A DNA stretch of 49,887 nucleotides from a bacterium (GCA_021844025.1 JAKBUF010000003.1:1-49887), one strand, 5' to 3'; positions 9,580 to 19,272 are shown, numbered from the stretch's first letter. Program-made: numbers and translations. The notes: a model not told the origin generated them from the sequence alone.

Positions 9580-9602
9580 TTTTAGTTGTAGACATTATCT
9601 TT

Positions 9603-9631
9603 AAACCCCCGCCTCTAGAGGCGGGGGTTTT
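9603..9631 (+). terminator. strong intrinsic terminator after rpsJ
   Basis: AAACCCCCGCCTCTAGAGGCGGGGGTTTT, a perfect palindrome. Confidence 0.8.
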
Positions 9632-9736
9632 GGTATCTTGCTTTTTAAATATCAATTATCCTATGATGTATCTAGTACTACAAATTAGTTGACCCTAGAT
9701 CTAAACATAAATAAAAACGAATAATGAGGAGGAACC

Positions 9737-10189
9737 ATGATATTCTTTTTTATTTCCGTCGCTATCACGATATTTTTTATCTCTCTAGTTGTTCACGTTA
9801 CCCTACAGAGAAAAAAAATAAGAAAACACCGTGCAATCGAAATGCTTATTTGTGCTGTTGGTTGTGTTGTGGTAAGTGTTCCTTATGTTGTCTATGTAAT
9901 TTTTTTTTCTGGCGCATCTCTTCTTGATCCAGTTCTTACCACGGCACTTATCAACGCACTTGCTGTTATTATCCTATTTCTCAGTAGCATGATGGCTGCT
10001 GAGAGCGCTGAGAGAGCGTTTGCATTTGAAATATTTTTATCCTCCATTATTGTTGTGTTCTCGTTTATTATCTTTGATGATATGTCTCTTGCTGGTGGTG
10101 GAGCCTTTGTTTTTGTTCTTGCCACCCTTCATTTTCTTGGGCGTGTGGGGGCAAATATGATTATCATGACAAGAAAATATAGTATGTAG
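9737..10189 (+). CDS. hypothetical membrane protein inserted between rpsJ and rplC
   Basis: 150 aa, about 5 TM segments, GAGGAGG SD, hairpin at 10199-10226 downstream. Confidence 0.75.
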   Translation: MIFFFISVAITIFFISLVVHVTLQRKKIRKHRAIEMLICAVGCVVVSVPYVVYVIFFSGASLLDPVLTTALINALAVIILFLSSMMAAESAERAFAFEIFLSSIIVVFSFIIFDDMSLAGGGAFVFVLATLHFLGRVGANMIIMTRKYSM

Positions 10190-10283
10190 TTAATTTTTTT
10201 AGTGGCCTTTATACAGAGGTCACTAATTTATTATGAAGATTGGTGGCAACCGTTTCCCGCTCATTTATTGTTAATAAGTTGGG

Positions 10284-10312
10284 TTGACAAGATGTGGTTC
10301 ATTTGCTACACT
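10284..10312 (+). promoter_or_regulatory. sigma70 promoter of the rplC operon
   Basis: TTGACA-17 bp-TACACT with a TG extension. Confidence 0.75.
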
Positions 10313-10393
10313 TCTTTGGCGTATTTATAGCGTTACAAACTTTATTGAAGTAGCTCGGATACGCTATCCGACGCTTTTCTTTTTTAGAAAAAC

Positions 10394-11008
10394 ATGGCTT
10401 TCATTATTGGCAAAAAAATCAAAATGGATCAGTTGTGGTCAGAGAATGGAAGAGTAACCCCGGTTACTCATTTGAGCGTTGGTCCTGTAGTGATTACCCA
10501 GATAAAAACTAAAGAAAAAGATGGATATGATGCGTTTCAGGTTGGATACGACTCTTCAATTAAAAAGGTTTCAAAGCCGATCGCAGGACATCTTAAAAAG
10601 AGTGGAGAAAAATTATTCCGTATTTTTAAAGAATTTAAATCATCTGATACTAACGCGCATGCAGTGGGAGATACCATTGATGTTTCTGTTTTTAAGGTAG
10701 GAGATACATTAAAAATTACCGGAGAAGAAAAAGGACGCGGGTTTCAAGGTGTAGTGAAACGACATGGATTCCATGGGGGCCCGAAAACTCACGGACAAAA
10801 AAATCGGTTACGTGCCCCAGGATCATTGGGAGCTACCGCTCCGCAGCGTGTTTTAAAAGGAAAAAAAATGGCGGGCAGAACCGGAAATGAAACTGTTACT
10901 TTGCGCAGAGTTCCCGTGATTGCGGTTGATGCAGAGAAAGGAATTCTAACGGTAAAAGGAGCAGTTCCTGGTAATGCGCGCAAGCTTGTTTTTATACAAA
11001 CCATGTAA
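10394..11008 (+). CDS. rplC: 50S ribosomal protein L3
   Basis: KGRGFQGVVKRHGFHGGPKTHG..RAPGS..KGKKMAG. Confidence 0.98.
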   Translation: MAFIIGKKIKMDQLWSENGRVTPVTHLSVGPVVITQIKTKEKDGYDAFQVGYDSSIKKVSKPIAGHLKKSGEKLFRIFKEFKSSDTNAHAVGDTIDVSVFKVGDTLKITGEEKGRGFQGVVKRHGFHGGPKTHGQKNRLRAPGSLGATAPQRVLKGKKMAGRTGNETVTLRRVPVIAVDAEKGILTVKGAVPGNARKLVFIQTM

Positions 11009-11009
11009 T

Positions 11010-11675
11010 ATGAAGCAAATTTCTGTTTTAAATAATCAAATGAAAGAAGTTGAAAAAATCGCTGTTCCCGAGCGTATGTTTGGCGCAAAATGGAATGCAG
11101 ATTTAGTTCATCAGGCAGTGGTAACCCAACAAGCAAATAGCCGTAACATTGTTGCTCACGCAAAGGATCGTTCGGAGGTTTCTGGGGGAGGTAAAAAACC
11201 GTGGAAACAAAAAGGTACGGGGCGTTCACGTCATGGTTCTATTCGTTCACCGTTATGGAGTGGTGGTGGAGTGACCCATGGCCCGTTGAAAGATAAAGTG
11301 TACGCGAAGAAAATAAATAAAAAAATGAAGAATGCGGCGTTATTTAGTGTTCTTTCTAAGAAACTCGCCGATAGTCAGTTGTTGGTTCTTGATTCTTTTC
11401 TCTCAGATAAAGCAAAGACACTAAAAACCAAAGATGCGCTTGCGTCTATTTCGCCAGTTATAAAAAATACACGAGCCTTGTTAATAGCTGGGATTGCCCA
11501 CAAGGCATTGCATACTGCTCTACGTAATATTCCTAAAGTTTCTTGTATCTCTTCTGCTTCGGTGAATGTATACGATGTTTTGAACGCGCACACCGTTGTT
11601 TTTGAAAAAGATTCAATCACTGAATTGGTCGCGCGATATAGTAAAAAATTACCTTCCGCAGCGGACACTAAATAA
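11010..11675 (+). CDS. rplD: 50S ribosomal protein L4
   Basis: RSEVSGGGKKPWKQKGTGRSRHGS; start at ATG 11010, right after the rplC stop. Confidence 0.97.
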   Translation: MKQISVLNNQMKEVEKIAVPERMFGAKWNADLVHQAVVTQQANSRNIVAHAKDRSEVSGGGKKPWKQKGTGRSRHGSIRSPLWSGGGVTHGPLKDKVYAKKINKKMKNAALFSVLSKKLADSQLLVLDSFLSDKAKTLKTKDALASISPVIKNTRALLIAGIAHKALHTALRNIPKVSCISSASVNVYDVLNAHTVVFEKDSITELVARYSKKLPSAADTK

Positions 11676-11683
11676 TCATTGAT

Positions 11684-12049
11684 ATGGCGTTATTTAATAA
11701 AAAACAACAAACCGTTTCAAAGACTACTTCCCAGACAAAGTCCGATGGAAGTCTTACCCATAAACCGGCTCGTTTCGGTGCGGTTTTGCGTCCTCGGGTT
11801 ACTGAAAAAGCTTTCCGTGTTGCAGAACATAATCAATATGTATTTGATATTGATCGCTCTGTTTCAAAACAAGAAGCCGCAAAGCAAATCGCTGCATTAT
11901 ATGGAGTAACCGTTGTTCGATCTCAAGTGGTTCGTACGAAAGGAGTAAAGCCAAGTCTGCGAGGTTTGGCAGGAGGTTCAGTTTCTTATAAAAAAATTAT
12001 TATTACGGTCGCAAAAGGTCAGCAAATTGATATAACCGGTAAAGCATAA
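11684..12049 (+). CDS. rplW: 50S ribosomal protein L23
   Basis: RPRVTEKA..NQYVF..YKKIIIT; position between rplD and rplB. Confidence 0.92.
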   Translation: MALFNKKQQTVSKTTSQTKSDGSLTHKPARFGAVLRPRVTEKAFRVAEHNQYVFDIDRSVSKQEAAKQIAALYGVTVVRSQVVRTKGVKPSLRGLAGGSVSYKKIIITVAKGQQIDITGKA

Positions 12050-12051
12050 CT

Positions 12052-12891
12052 ATGAAAAAGTTTTCTCCCAGCACTCCTTCTCGTCGTCATATGACGGTTG
12101 TGGAATATCAAAAAATGTTAACCTCAAAAAATCCTGAGCGTTCTCTTACGATTAAATTACCAACTCACGCAGGGCGCAATCATAGTGGACGTATTACCAT
12201 GCGTCATCAGGGGGGAGGAAATAAGAAACTATATCGATTAGTTGATTTCAAGCAGCAAGAATTAAATGTTCCTGCGAAGGTTGTTTCTATTGAGTACGAT
12301 CCATATCGTAGTGCTTGTATTGCTTTAATTTCATATCGTAATGGAAAAAAGAGCTATATACTTTCTTCTTCTGGTATGCGCGTAGGGGATCAAATTCTTA
12401 CCGCGCCCAAAGCTCCTTTAAAAGAAGGCAATCGTATGCTCTTGCAGAATATTCCAGTTGGTTATATGGTATACAACGTTGAAATGCGTCCTGGAAAAGG
12501 AGGACAATTTGCAAAATCTGCTGGATCATATGCAGAAATTTTGGCTCACGATGAAGGATATACTACCCTCAAGATGCCCTCAGGAGAAAATCGTAAAGTA
12601 TTATGGGAGGGATATGCTTCAGTGGGACAGGTTTCAAATATTGATTATGCTTTAATGAATTTAGGAAAAGCTGGTCGTTCACGCTGGTTGGGTATCCGTC
12701 CCACCGTTCGAGGAACTGCTATGAACCCAGTTGACCATCCGTATGGAGGAGGAGAGGGTAAACAGAAACGAGGAACCAAGCGTCCTAAGACTTTGTGGGG
12801 TAAGGTTACCGGTGGTCGCAAGACGCGCAATCCGAAAAAATGGTCAAATACACTTATTGTGAAACGAAGATTAAAAAAGAAAGCTAAATAA
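12052..12891 (+). CDS. rplB: 50S ribosomal protein L2
   Basis: IEYDPYRS, PTVRGTAMNPVDHPYGGGEG. Confidence 0.99.
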   Translation: MKKFSPSTPSRRHMTVVEYQKMLTSKNPERSLTIKLPTHAGRNHSGRITMRHQGGGNKKLYRLVDFKQQELNVPAKVVSIEYDPYRSACIALISYRNGKKSYILSSSGMRVGDQILTAPKAPLKEGNRMLLQNIPVGYMVYNVEMRPGKGGQFAKSAGSYAEILAHDEGYTTLKMPSGENRKVLWEGYASVGQVSNIDYALMNLGKAGRSRWLGIRPTVRGTAMNPVDHPYGGGEGKQKRGTKRPKTLWGKVTGGRKTRNPKKWSNTLIVKRRLKKKAK

Positions 12892-12916
12892 TAACACAAT
12901 AGAAAACCAATAACGT

Positions 12917-13210
12917 ATGTCACGAAGTTCAAAAAAAGGACCATATATTGATCCAAATATTGAGAAGAAGATTTCAAAACAAAAACCTGACGATGGGCCT
13001 ATTAAAACGTGGTCTCGTAGTTGTGCCATTTCTCCCGAAATGGTTGGATACACTTTTATGGTTCACAATGGAAAGAATTTTATTTCAGTAAAGCCAACTG
13101 AAGAAATGATCGGGCATAAGTTGGGTGAATTTTCTCCGACACGCAAATTTACTCGTCATGGTGGTAAAATGCAAAAAGAATTAGAAAAGAAAACAACTGA
13201 AACAAAATAA
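12917..13210 (+). CDS. rpsS: 30S ribosomal protein S19
   Basis: [21 protein letters not shown]. Confidence 0.98.
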   Translation: MSRSSKKGPYIDPNIEKKISKQKPDDGPIKTWSRSCAISPEMVGYTFMVHNGKNFISVKPTEEMIGHKLGEFSPTRKFTRHGGKMQKELEKKTTETK

Positions 13211-13222
13211 TAACGGACTTTT

Positions 13223-13786
13223 ATGAAGCAATCATCTCGCATTATTTCACCAGCATCATCTAAAATCGCAACAGCTCGTTTGCGCCATCTTCGTATGGCT
13301 CCTCGAAAAGTTCGTTTGATTGGTAATATTATCAAACGTATGCCCGTAGGCGAGGCCGAGGCTCAGTTATTAGTACATGCACGACGAGCATCTGATCCTA
13401 TGTTGAAATTGCTTCGTTCAGCGATTGATAACGCAAAGAAAAGTGGGCTTGATATAGCTAAAACAATTGTAAAAGAAGTCCGTACTGATAAGGGACCTAT
13501 GTTGAAACGTTGGATGCCCCGAGCGCAGGGACGTGCGACTCCTATTCATAAACATACCAGTCATATTAGTATGATTCTACAAGAGACTGAACAAATAGTT
13601 GCGACGCGTTTTGTGCCGGGAAAGCGGGTAAAAAAGAAAGAGCACGAACATGAACATGAACACGATCATTCTTCTAAAAAGCAATCTAGTAAGGATAAGG
13701 AACATCGAGAAGATGAAGTAAAAACAGAAGTAAAAACAAAAGATAAAGGATTTTCGCAAAAAATGTTTCAAAGAAAATCCGTTTAA
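13223..13786 (+). CDS. rplV: 50S ribosomal protein L22 with C-terminal extension
   Basis: RMAPRKVRL..KLLRSAIDNA..KRWMPRAQGRA..TSHI. Confidence 0.96.
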   Translation: MKQSSRIISPASSKIATARLRHLRMAPRKVRLIGNIIKRMPVGEAEAQLLVHARRASDPMLKLLRSAIDNAKKSGLDIAKTIVKEVRTDKGPMLKRWMPRAQGRATPIHKHTSHISMILQETEQIVATRFVPGKRVKKKEHEHEHEHDHSSKKQSSKDKEHREDEVKTEVKTKDKGFSQKMFQRKSV

Positions 13787-13798
13787 TATTGTATTTGT

Positions 13799-14470
13799 AT
13801 GTCACAAAAGATTAAACCAACATCATTACGTATAGGTATTATTAAAGAGTGGAGTTCCCGCTGGGTTCCGCGTCGTTTTCGTTTTGGCGCATTATTACAG
13901 GAGGATCATATTTTGCGTTCGGCTATTGAAAAGAAAATTGGTTTTGCGGGTATTGATTCTATTATATTTGAACGATCAGCAGGAGTATGTAAAATTACCA
14001 TTCGTACCGCAAAACCCGGTTTGATTATTGGACGTGGAGGAAAGGGAATTGAAGAGCTCTCCGCGTTCCTTCAAAAACAATTACAGCAATTTAGATCTAG
14101 AAAAGGAATAAAAGAAGCATCAACCCTTAATATTTCTATTGAAGAAATTAAACGATATGAAATTTCAGCGACGGTGATTGCTCAGAATATTGCAGCCGAT
14201 ATGGAGAAACGTATGCCGTATCGCCGTACTATTAAGAAGTATTTGGAACGAATCATGCAGAATCGTGATGTGAAAGGAGCAAAGATAAAAGTGGGAGGAC
14301 GTCTCGATGGAGCAGAAATTGCTCGTACTGAGCAGCTTTCTTCTGGTAGTTTGCCACTCCAGACTTTGCGCGCCAATATTGATTATGGAGAAGCAACCGC
14401 ATTCACTACCTATGGAACGATTGGAGTAAAGGTCTGGGTGTATAAGGGTCAAGTATTTAAGCATTCATAA
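13799..14470 (+). CDS. rpsC: 30S ribosomal protein S3
   Basis: KPGLIIGRGG, GRLDGAEIARTE, PLQTLRANIDY. Confidence 0.98.
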   Translation: MSQKIKPTSLRIGIIKEWSSRWVPRRFRFGALLQEDHILRSAIEKKIGFAGIDSIIFERSAGVCKITIRTAKPGLIIGRGGKGIEELSAFLQKQLQQFRSRKGIKEASTLNISIEEIKRYEISATVIAQNIAADMEKRMPYRRTIKKYLERIMQNRDVKGAKIKVGGRLDGAEIARTEQLSSGSLPLQTLRANIDYGEATAFTTYGTIGVKVWVYKGQVFKHS

Positions 14471-14478
14471 TAGAACGT

Positions 14479-14898
14479 ATGTTAGCGCCTAAAAAAACAA
14501 AGTATCGTAAAGGACAAAAAGGACGCTCGCGCACGCGTGCGGTAGAGACACGGGGTATCTCGTTGAGTTTTGGTAATTTTGGGTTACAGGCTCTAAGTTC
14601 CGCGTATGTAAATGCACAACAAATTGAAGCGGTTCGTAAATCTATTTCTCATTTTACTAAACGAGGAGGAAAATTGTGGATTCGTATTTTCCCTGATAAG
14701 CCAATCACCAAGCGTCCTCCGGAATTAACTATGGGAGGTGGAAAAGGATCTCTTGATCATTATGTATTTCCCGTTAAACCTGGCCGAGTGTTGTTTGAAT
14801 TGGATGGTCTTCCGGAAAAAACAGCTCGTGAAGCATTAACACGCGCATCCTACAAACTACCAGTTAAAACTCGTATCATAGTCAAAACCAATCAATAA
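14479..14898 (+). CDS. rplP: 50S ribosomal protein L16
   Basis: LWIRIFPDKPIT..MGGGKG..YKLPVK. Confidence 0.98.
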   Translation: MLAPKKTKYRKGQKGRSRTRAVETRGISLSFGNFGLQALSSAYVNAQQIEAVRKSISHFTKRGGKLWIRIFPDKPITKRPPELTMGGGKGSLDHYVFPVKPGRVLFELDGLPEKTAREALTRASYKLPVKTRIIVKTNQ

Positions 14899-14907
14899 AT
14901 TGTTTAT

Positions 14908-15111
14908 ATGAAAAAGAATTATAAAGATGAATTACGATCACGCGATGTTTCTTGGTTGGTAGCCCATACTCGAGATTTGCGAGAAAAATTAGCTCGGTTG
15001 CAATTTGATGCGCGATCCGGTAAGAATGCAAATCATAAAGAAATAAAAAATGTTCGGTTGGAAATAGCAACTACACTTACTTTTATTCACGAAAAAAGAA
15101 ACCATGTCTAA
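14908..15111 (+). CDS. rpmC: 50S ribosomal protein L29
   Basis: Position and the IKNVRLEIATTLT motif. Confidence 0.9.
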   Translation: MKKNYKDELRSRDVSWLVAHTRDLREKLARLQFDARSGKNANHKEIKNVRLEIATTLTFIHEKRNHV

Positions 15112-15409
15112 TACTACTCATATGAAAGCAAGAAAATTAATAGGTGTCGTCGTTTCCGACCGCATGGATAAAACGCGTGTAGTGGCAGTTGAGCGTTTAA
15201 TAAAACACGCTCGCTACCAGAAGTTTTTCAAAGATACAAAACGCTATAAAGTGCACGATGAACAGAACATGTTTCATGTAGGAGACACGGTTTCTATACA
15301 AGAAACTCGTCCTCTTTCCCGCGAAAAAAGATGGAAGATTGTTGAATTAATTAAAAAAGGGACCGATCAAAAAGAAGCAGAAGATAAAACAATAACCGAT
15401 ACCGAATAA
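15104..15409 (+). CDS. rpsQ: 30S ribosomal protein S17
   Basis: GVVVSDRMDKT..ETRPLSREKRW. Confidence 0.97.
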   Translation: MSNTTHMKARKLIGVVVSDRMDKTRVVAVERLIKHARYQKFFKDTKRYKVHDEQNMFHVGDTVSIQETRPLSREKRWKIVELIKKGTDQKEAEDKTITDTE

Positions 15410-15438
15410 TTTCTATATTATAACTTTATATTTAGTTT

Positions 15439-15807
15439 ATGATTCAAGAACGATCTATTTTAAAAGTTGCAGATAATTCCGGAGCGAAAACGATTCGTTG
15501 TTTTCGTATTTTGGGAGGTACCCGACATCGATATGCTCAGTTGGGAGATGTTATTGTTGCCTCTGTACAAGTCGCTGAACCAAGAAAACCGGTTGCTAAG
15601 AAAGATATTGTACAGGCTGTAGTAGTGCGTCAAAAGAATGTGTTTCGTCGTAAAGACGGATCGTATGTACGTTTTGATGAGAATGCAGCTATTTTGATTG
15701 ATGCAAAAAAAGAACCACGTGCCACCCGTGTGTTTGGTCCGATTCCTCGTGAAATTCGTGAGCGTGGATTTGAAAAAATAGTTACTATGGCAAAGGACGT
15801 TGTCTAA
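15439..15807 (+). CDS. rplN: 50S ribosomal protein L14
   Basis: VADNSGAK..FDENAA..TRVFGPIPRE. Confidence 0.98.
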   Translation: MIQERSILKVADNSGAKTIRCFRILGGTRHRYAQLGDVIVASVQVAEPRKPVAKKDIVQAVVVRQKNVFRRKDGSYVRFDENAAILIDAKKEPRATRVFGPIPREIRERGFEKIVTMAKDVV

Positions 15808-15827
15808 ATTCTAATTTTAACTGATAT

Positions 15828-16079
15828 ATGAACACATTGCATATAAAGAAAGGGGATACCGTGCGGGTTCGCACTGGACGAGATAAAGGAAAAACCGGCA
15901 AGGTAATCAAGGCTCTTCCTAAAGAAAATCAGGTAATAGTTGAAGGAATCAACGTGTATAAAAAGCACGTACGTCCGCGTACCCAACAAGAAAAGGGTCA
16001 GACAGTTATGGTTCCGCGTCCTATTTCTGTGGCAAATGTGGGATCAGTTGAGAGAAATTCTAAACGTAAATCCGCATAA
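15828..16079 (+). CDS. rplX: 50S ribosomal protein L24
   Basis: IKKGDTV..GRDKGKTGKV..VIVEGIN. Confidence 0.96.
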   Translation: MNTLHIKKGDTVRVRTGRDKGKTGKVIKALPKENQVIVEGINVYKKHVRPRTQQEKGQTVMVPRPISVANVGSVERNSKRKSA

Positions 16080-16103
16080 GTATAAGGTAATTTATTGATT
16101 CCT

Positions 16104-16685
16104 ATGAAAAAAAATACACAAGATACATTTGAAAAGAATTTTGCCACGGAACTCGCGCGCGAACTTTCTATTTCCAATATTCATGCGGTTCCGTATATAG
16201 AAAAAGTGGTGGTGAATGTGGGAGTGGGACGCGCCAGTCAACAACCGTCTTTTAAAGACAAATTATTACCCGAAATTCAGAAAGAGTTAGCGTCAATCAC
16301 TGGCCAAAAACCCTCTGGACGAAGTGCTAAAAAATCAATTGCGGGATTTAAGGTGCGCGAAGGTCAGTTGATTGGGCTCTCGGTTACTTTGCGTGGATCA
16401 CGTATGTATGATTTTATTCGTAAGATTACTTCTGCGGTATATCCGCGTGTACGCGATTTTCGTGGGATAAACTTGAAAAATATAGATAAACAAGGTAATC
16501 TGAACCTCGGTTTTCGTGAACACGTGGTGTTTCCGGAAGTAGTTCCGGAGGCCTCAATGGTTTCTTTTGGATTGCAGGTTACTTTGGTGGCGCGCAATAT
16601 CAAAAATCAAGCGCAGGCTGTTGCGTTGTATAAGAAAATCGGATTTCGTTTCAAGGAGTCGGAAAAAACAACCAAGCGAAAATAA
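16104..16685 (+). CDS. rplE: 50S ribosomal protein L5
   Basis: [37 protein letters not shown]. Confidence 0.97.
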   Translation: MKKNTQDTFEKNFATELARELSISNIHAVPYIEKVVVNVGVGRASQQPSFKDKLLPEIQKELASITGQKPSGRSAKKSIAGFKVREGQLIGLSVTLRGSRMYDFIRKITSAVYPRVRDFRGINLKNIDKQGNLNLGFREHVVFPEVVPEASMVSFGLQVTLVARNIKNQAQAVALYKKIGFRFKESEKTTKRK

Positions 16686-16689
16686 TTTT

Positions 16690-16875
16690 ATGGCAAAAAA
16701 ATCAGTTATTGCTCGATCAGAAAAAAAACCGAAGTTTTCAACACGTGTGGTACGCCGCTGTTTTCGCTGTGGTCGTAAACACGGATATATGCGCGACTTT
16801 GAATTATGCAGAATTTGTTTTAGAGAAATGGCGGGTCGTGGAGAGATTCCCGGTGTGCGTAAATCATCATGGTAA
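16690..16875 (+). CDS. rpsN: 30S ribosomal protein S14, Zn-ribbon type (61 aa)
   Basis: [27 protein letters not shown]; true ATG at 16690. Confidence 0.97.
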   Translation: MAKKSVIARSEKKPKFSTRVVRRCFRCGRKHGYMRDFELCRICFREMAGRGEIPGVRKSSW

Positions 16876-16880
16876 ATATT

Positions 16881-16960
16881 AGTCATCAAGTAGAAAGTTT
16901 TAAAGTTATAAAGAAATTTTTACTTGATAACCTTAAAACTTGATAACTTTCAACTTACAC
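16881..16960 (+). repeat. heptamer-periodic inverted repeat (AAGTTAT/ATAACTT family) between rpsN and rpsH
   Basis: AAGTAGAAAGTTTTAAAGTTATAAAG pairs with CTTGATAACCTTAAAACTTGATAACTTTCAACTT, ending 4 nt before the ATG. Confidence 0.7.
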
Positions 16961-17341
16961 ATGTATACTCAATTACTTACTAAAATAAAAAATGCGCAGT
17001 CATTAAAGAAAGACGTAGTGCGTGCCGCGTGCTCTAAAATGGATGAGCAGATTTTACAACTCTTGGTTGCCGAAAAGTTCATTATGGGATTTGAAAAGAA
17101 GGGGAAAAATCCAAAAAGATTTTTTGAGATTCAATTATTTACTACCCATACAAAGCATGGTATTACCGGTGTTGAGTTTGTGAGCACTCCTTCTCGTCGA
17201 GTGTATATTCCGTACGCGCGATTGCGACCAATCCGCCAAGGATATGGAATTTCTGTTGTTTCTACCTCAAAAGGAATCATGACTAATAAACAGGCACGCG
17301 TGCAGAAGGTTGGCGGACAAATTTTATTTAATATATGGTAA
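16961..17341 (+). CDS. rpsH: 30S ribosomal protein S8
   Basis: LLTKIKNA, VSTPSRRVY, GISVVSTSKGIMT..VGGQI. Confidence 0.95.
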   Translation: MYTQLLTKIKNAQSLKKDVVRAACSKMDEQILQLLVAEKFIMGFEKKGKNPKRFFEIQLFTTHTKHGITGVEFVSTPSRRVYIPYARLRPIRQGYGISVVSTSKGIMTNKQARVQKVGGQILFNIW

Positions 17342-17383
17342 GAATTTAGAGTAATCTCTAGATGTATAAAACAAATCAAACAC

Positions 17384-17929
17384 ATGTCTAAAATCGGAAA
17401 AAAACCAATAGAAATACCAGCAGGAGTCACTATTTTATTTGAAACTTCTGAGGTGGTTGTTACCGGACCGAAAGGAACCATACGTGTCATTAAGCCACGT
17501 ACTGTTGAAGTTACCCAGTCGGGTAATCAGTTGGTTCTACAACCTGCTGATGAAAATCCTCAAACAATTATGAATTGGGGAACCACCCGCTCTCTTATTG
17601 AAAACGCAATTTTGGGAGTTACCCAAGGATTTGAAAAAAAACTTGAGGTTGAGGGGGTTGGATTCAAAGTATCTATGGAAGGAACCGTACTCGTTTTAAA
17701 AGTTGGGTTTTCTCATTTGGTTAAGTTCCCAACTCCTGAAGGGATTACTATACAAGTTGATAAAAATACCATTACTGTTTCAGGAATTAATAAACAACAA
17801 GTCGGACAAACGGCAGCAGTTATTCGTAGTATTAAAAAACCTGAACCATATTTAGGTAAAGGAATTCATTATCAAGGAGAAGTTATTCGTCGTAAAGATG
17901 GTAAGAAGGCTAGTGCTACCGCAAAATAA
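17384..17929 (+). CDS. rplF: 50S ribosomal protein L6
   Basis: MSKIGKKPI..PEPYLGKGI. Confidence 0.98.
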   Translation: MSKIGKKPIEIPAGVTILFETSEVVVTGPKGTIRVIKPRTVEVTQSGNQLVLQPADENPQTIMNWGTTRSLIENAILGVTQGFEKKLEVEGVGFKVSMEGTVLVLKVGFSHLVKFPTPEGITIQVDKNTITVSGINKQQVGQTAAVIRSIKKPEPYLGKGIHYQGEVIRRKDGKKASATAK

Positions 17930-17938
17930 AATTTAGTT

Positions 17939-18295
17939 ATGAATAATCAAAAGACAAAAGAAATTATTTGGAAAAAACGCGCGCGTCGTACTCGTGCGGT
18001 GTTACACGGTACTGCACAGCGGCCTCGGGTATCTGTTCACAAAACAAATGCATACGTATATGTTCAGTGCATTGACGACGATTCGCAAAAGACCTTGGTA
18101 AGCGCATCAACCGCTCAAGCAGATATGCGTACCGCACAAGGAAAAGAAAAGATACAAGCTGTTATTGATCGCGTTACTCTGCAATTAAAGGAAAAAGGAA
18201 TTACCTCAGCAATTTTTGATCGGGGTGCATATCGATTCCACGGTGTGGTGCGTAGCATTGCTGATGGATTGCGCTCAAAGGGTATTCGTATATAA
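17939..18295 (+). CDS. rplR: 50S ribosomal protein L18
   Basis: RPRVSVHKTN..FDRGAYRFHG. Confidence 0.96.
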   Translation: MNNQKTKEIIWKKRARRTRAVLHGTAQRPRVSVHKTNAYVYVQCIDDDSQKTLVSASTAQADMRTAQGKEKIQAVIDRVTLQLKEKGITSAIFDRGAYRFHGVVRSIADGLRSKGIRI

Positions 18296-18309
18296 CTAGT
18301 TTACCATAT

Positions 18310-18831
18310 ATGACTAATAATCAACCAACAAATCAGTTTAATTCATCAAATCGTTCACGGCGTCCTTCGCGTGGACCGCGTCCAGGTTCTACTGCTCCTA
18401 AGCGCGAACTAAAAGAAAAGACTCTTGACCTACGCAGAGTTACTCGTGTGGTAAAAGGGGGAAAGCGCTTTTCTTTTCGTTGTACGTTAATTGTGGGGAA
18501 TGAGCGGGGATTGGTAGGAGTTGGTATTGCAAAAGGATCTGATGTTGCTCAGGCAATTGATAAAGCTCGTCATGATGCGCAAAAACACACATTTACTGTT
18601 CCGTTGCGTCAGACTACTATCGCGCACGAAACTCAGGCAAAGTTTAGCGCTGCTCGTGTACTTATTAAACCAGCAAAGAAAGGATCGGGATTAAAAGCTG
18701 GTGGAGCAGTACGGAGCGTTTTACTGATGGCTGGAATTTCAGACGCATCAGCAAAATGTCTCGGAAGAACTAAAAATAAATTAACAAACGCGCTTGCGAC
18801 ACTCGAGGCACTTAAGCAATTAAAATCATAG
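18310..18831 (+). CDS. rpsE: 30S ribosomal protein S5
   Basis: RRVTRVVKGGKRFSF..AGGAVR. Confidence 0.98.
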   Translation: MTNNQPTNQFNSSNRSRRPSRGPRPGSTAPKRELKEKTLDLRRVTRVVKGGKRFSFRCTLIVGNERGLVGVGIAKGSDVAQAIDKARHDAQKHTFTVPLRQTTIAHETQAKFSAARVLIKPAKKGSGLKAGGAVRSVLLMAGISDASAKCLGRTKNKLTNALATLEALKQLKS

Positions 18832-18838
18832 ATCTACT

Positions 18839-19255
18839 ATGCGATTACACGAATTACAACCTAAAACGAAACGTCCTTCTCAAAAACGAGTAGGAAGAGG
18901 AGGGAAACGCGGAACTACTTCTGGTAAGGGACAAAAAGGACAAAAGTCTCGTGCAGGGCACAAAATACGACCCGCGCAGCGCGATTTAGTCATTCGTACT
19001 CCGAAACGAAGAGGATATAAAAATAAACCCAAGCATCCACATGCGTTTGCTTTGTCTTTGGATATTATTAATCGTTTATCTGAATCAGTTATTACCAAAG
19101 AAGTATTGGTAGAACATCGGATTATTCGTTCTGCTTCTATACCGGTTAAAGTGGTTGCAAATGGTTCTATTGAGCACGCAAAGGAGATTGTTGGATTTCC
19201 TGTTTCTGATAAAGCAGCGCAGAAGATAAAAAAATCCGGCGGCAGCATTAAATAA
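18839..19255 (+). CDS. rplO: 50S ribosomal protein L15
   Basis: KRVGRGGKRGTTSGKGQKGQKSRAG. Confidence 0.97.
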   Translation: MRLHELQPKTKRPSQKRVGRGGKRGTTSGKGQKGQKSRAGHKIRPAQRDLVIRTPKRRGYKNKPKHPHAFALSLDIINRLSESVITKEVLVEHRIIRSASIPVKVVANGSIEHAKEIVGFPVSDKAAQKIKKSGGSIK

Positions 19256-19272
19256 TTTTTGATTTACGATTT

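Noticed and set aside
5664-19248. Numerous antisense or alternate-frame ORFs within ribosomal genes (e.g. 8025-8396, 10789-11229, 18880-19248)
   Set aside because: Shadow ORFs of highly conserved genes, with no motifs or independent signals
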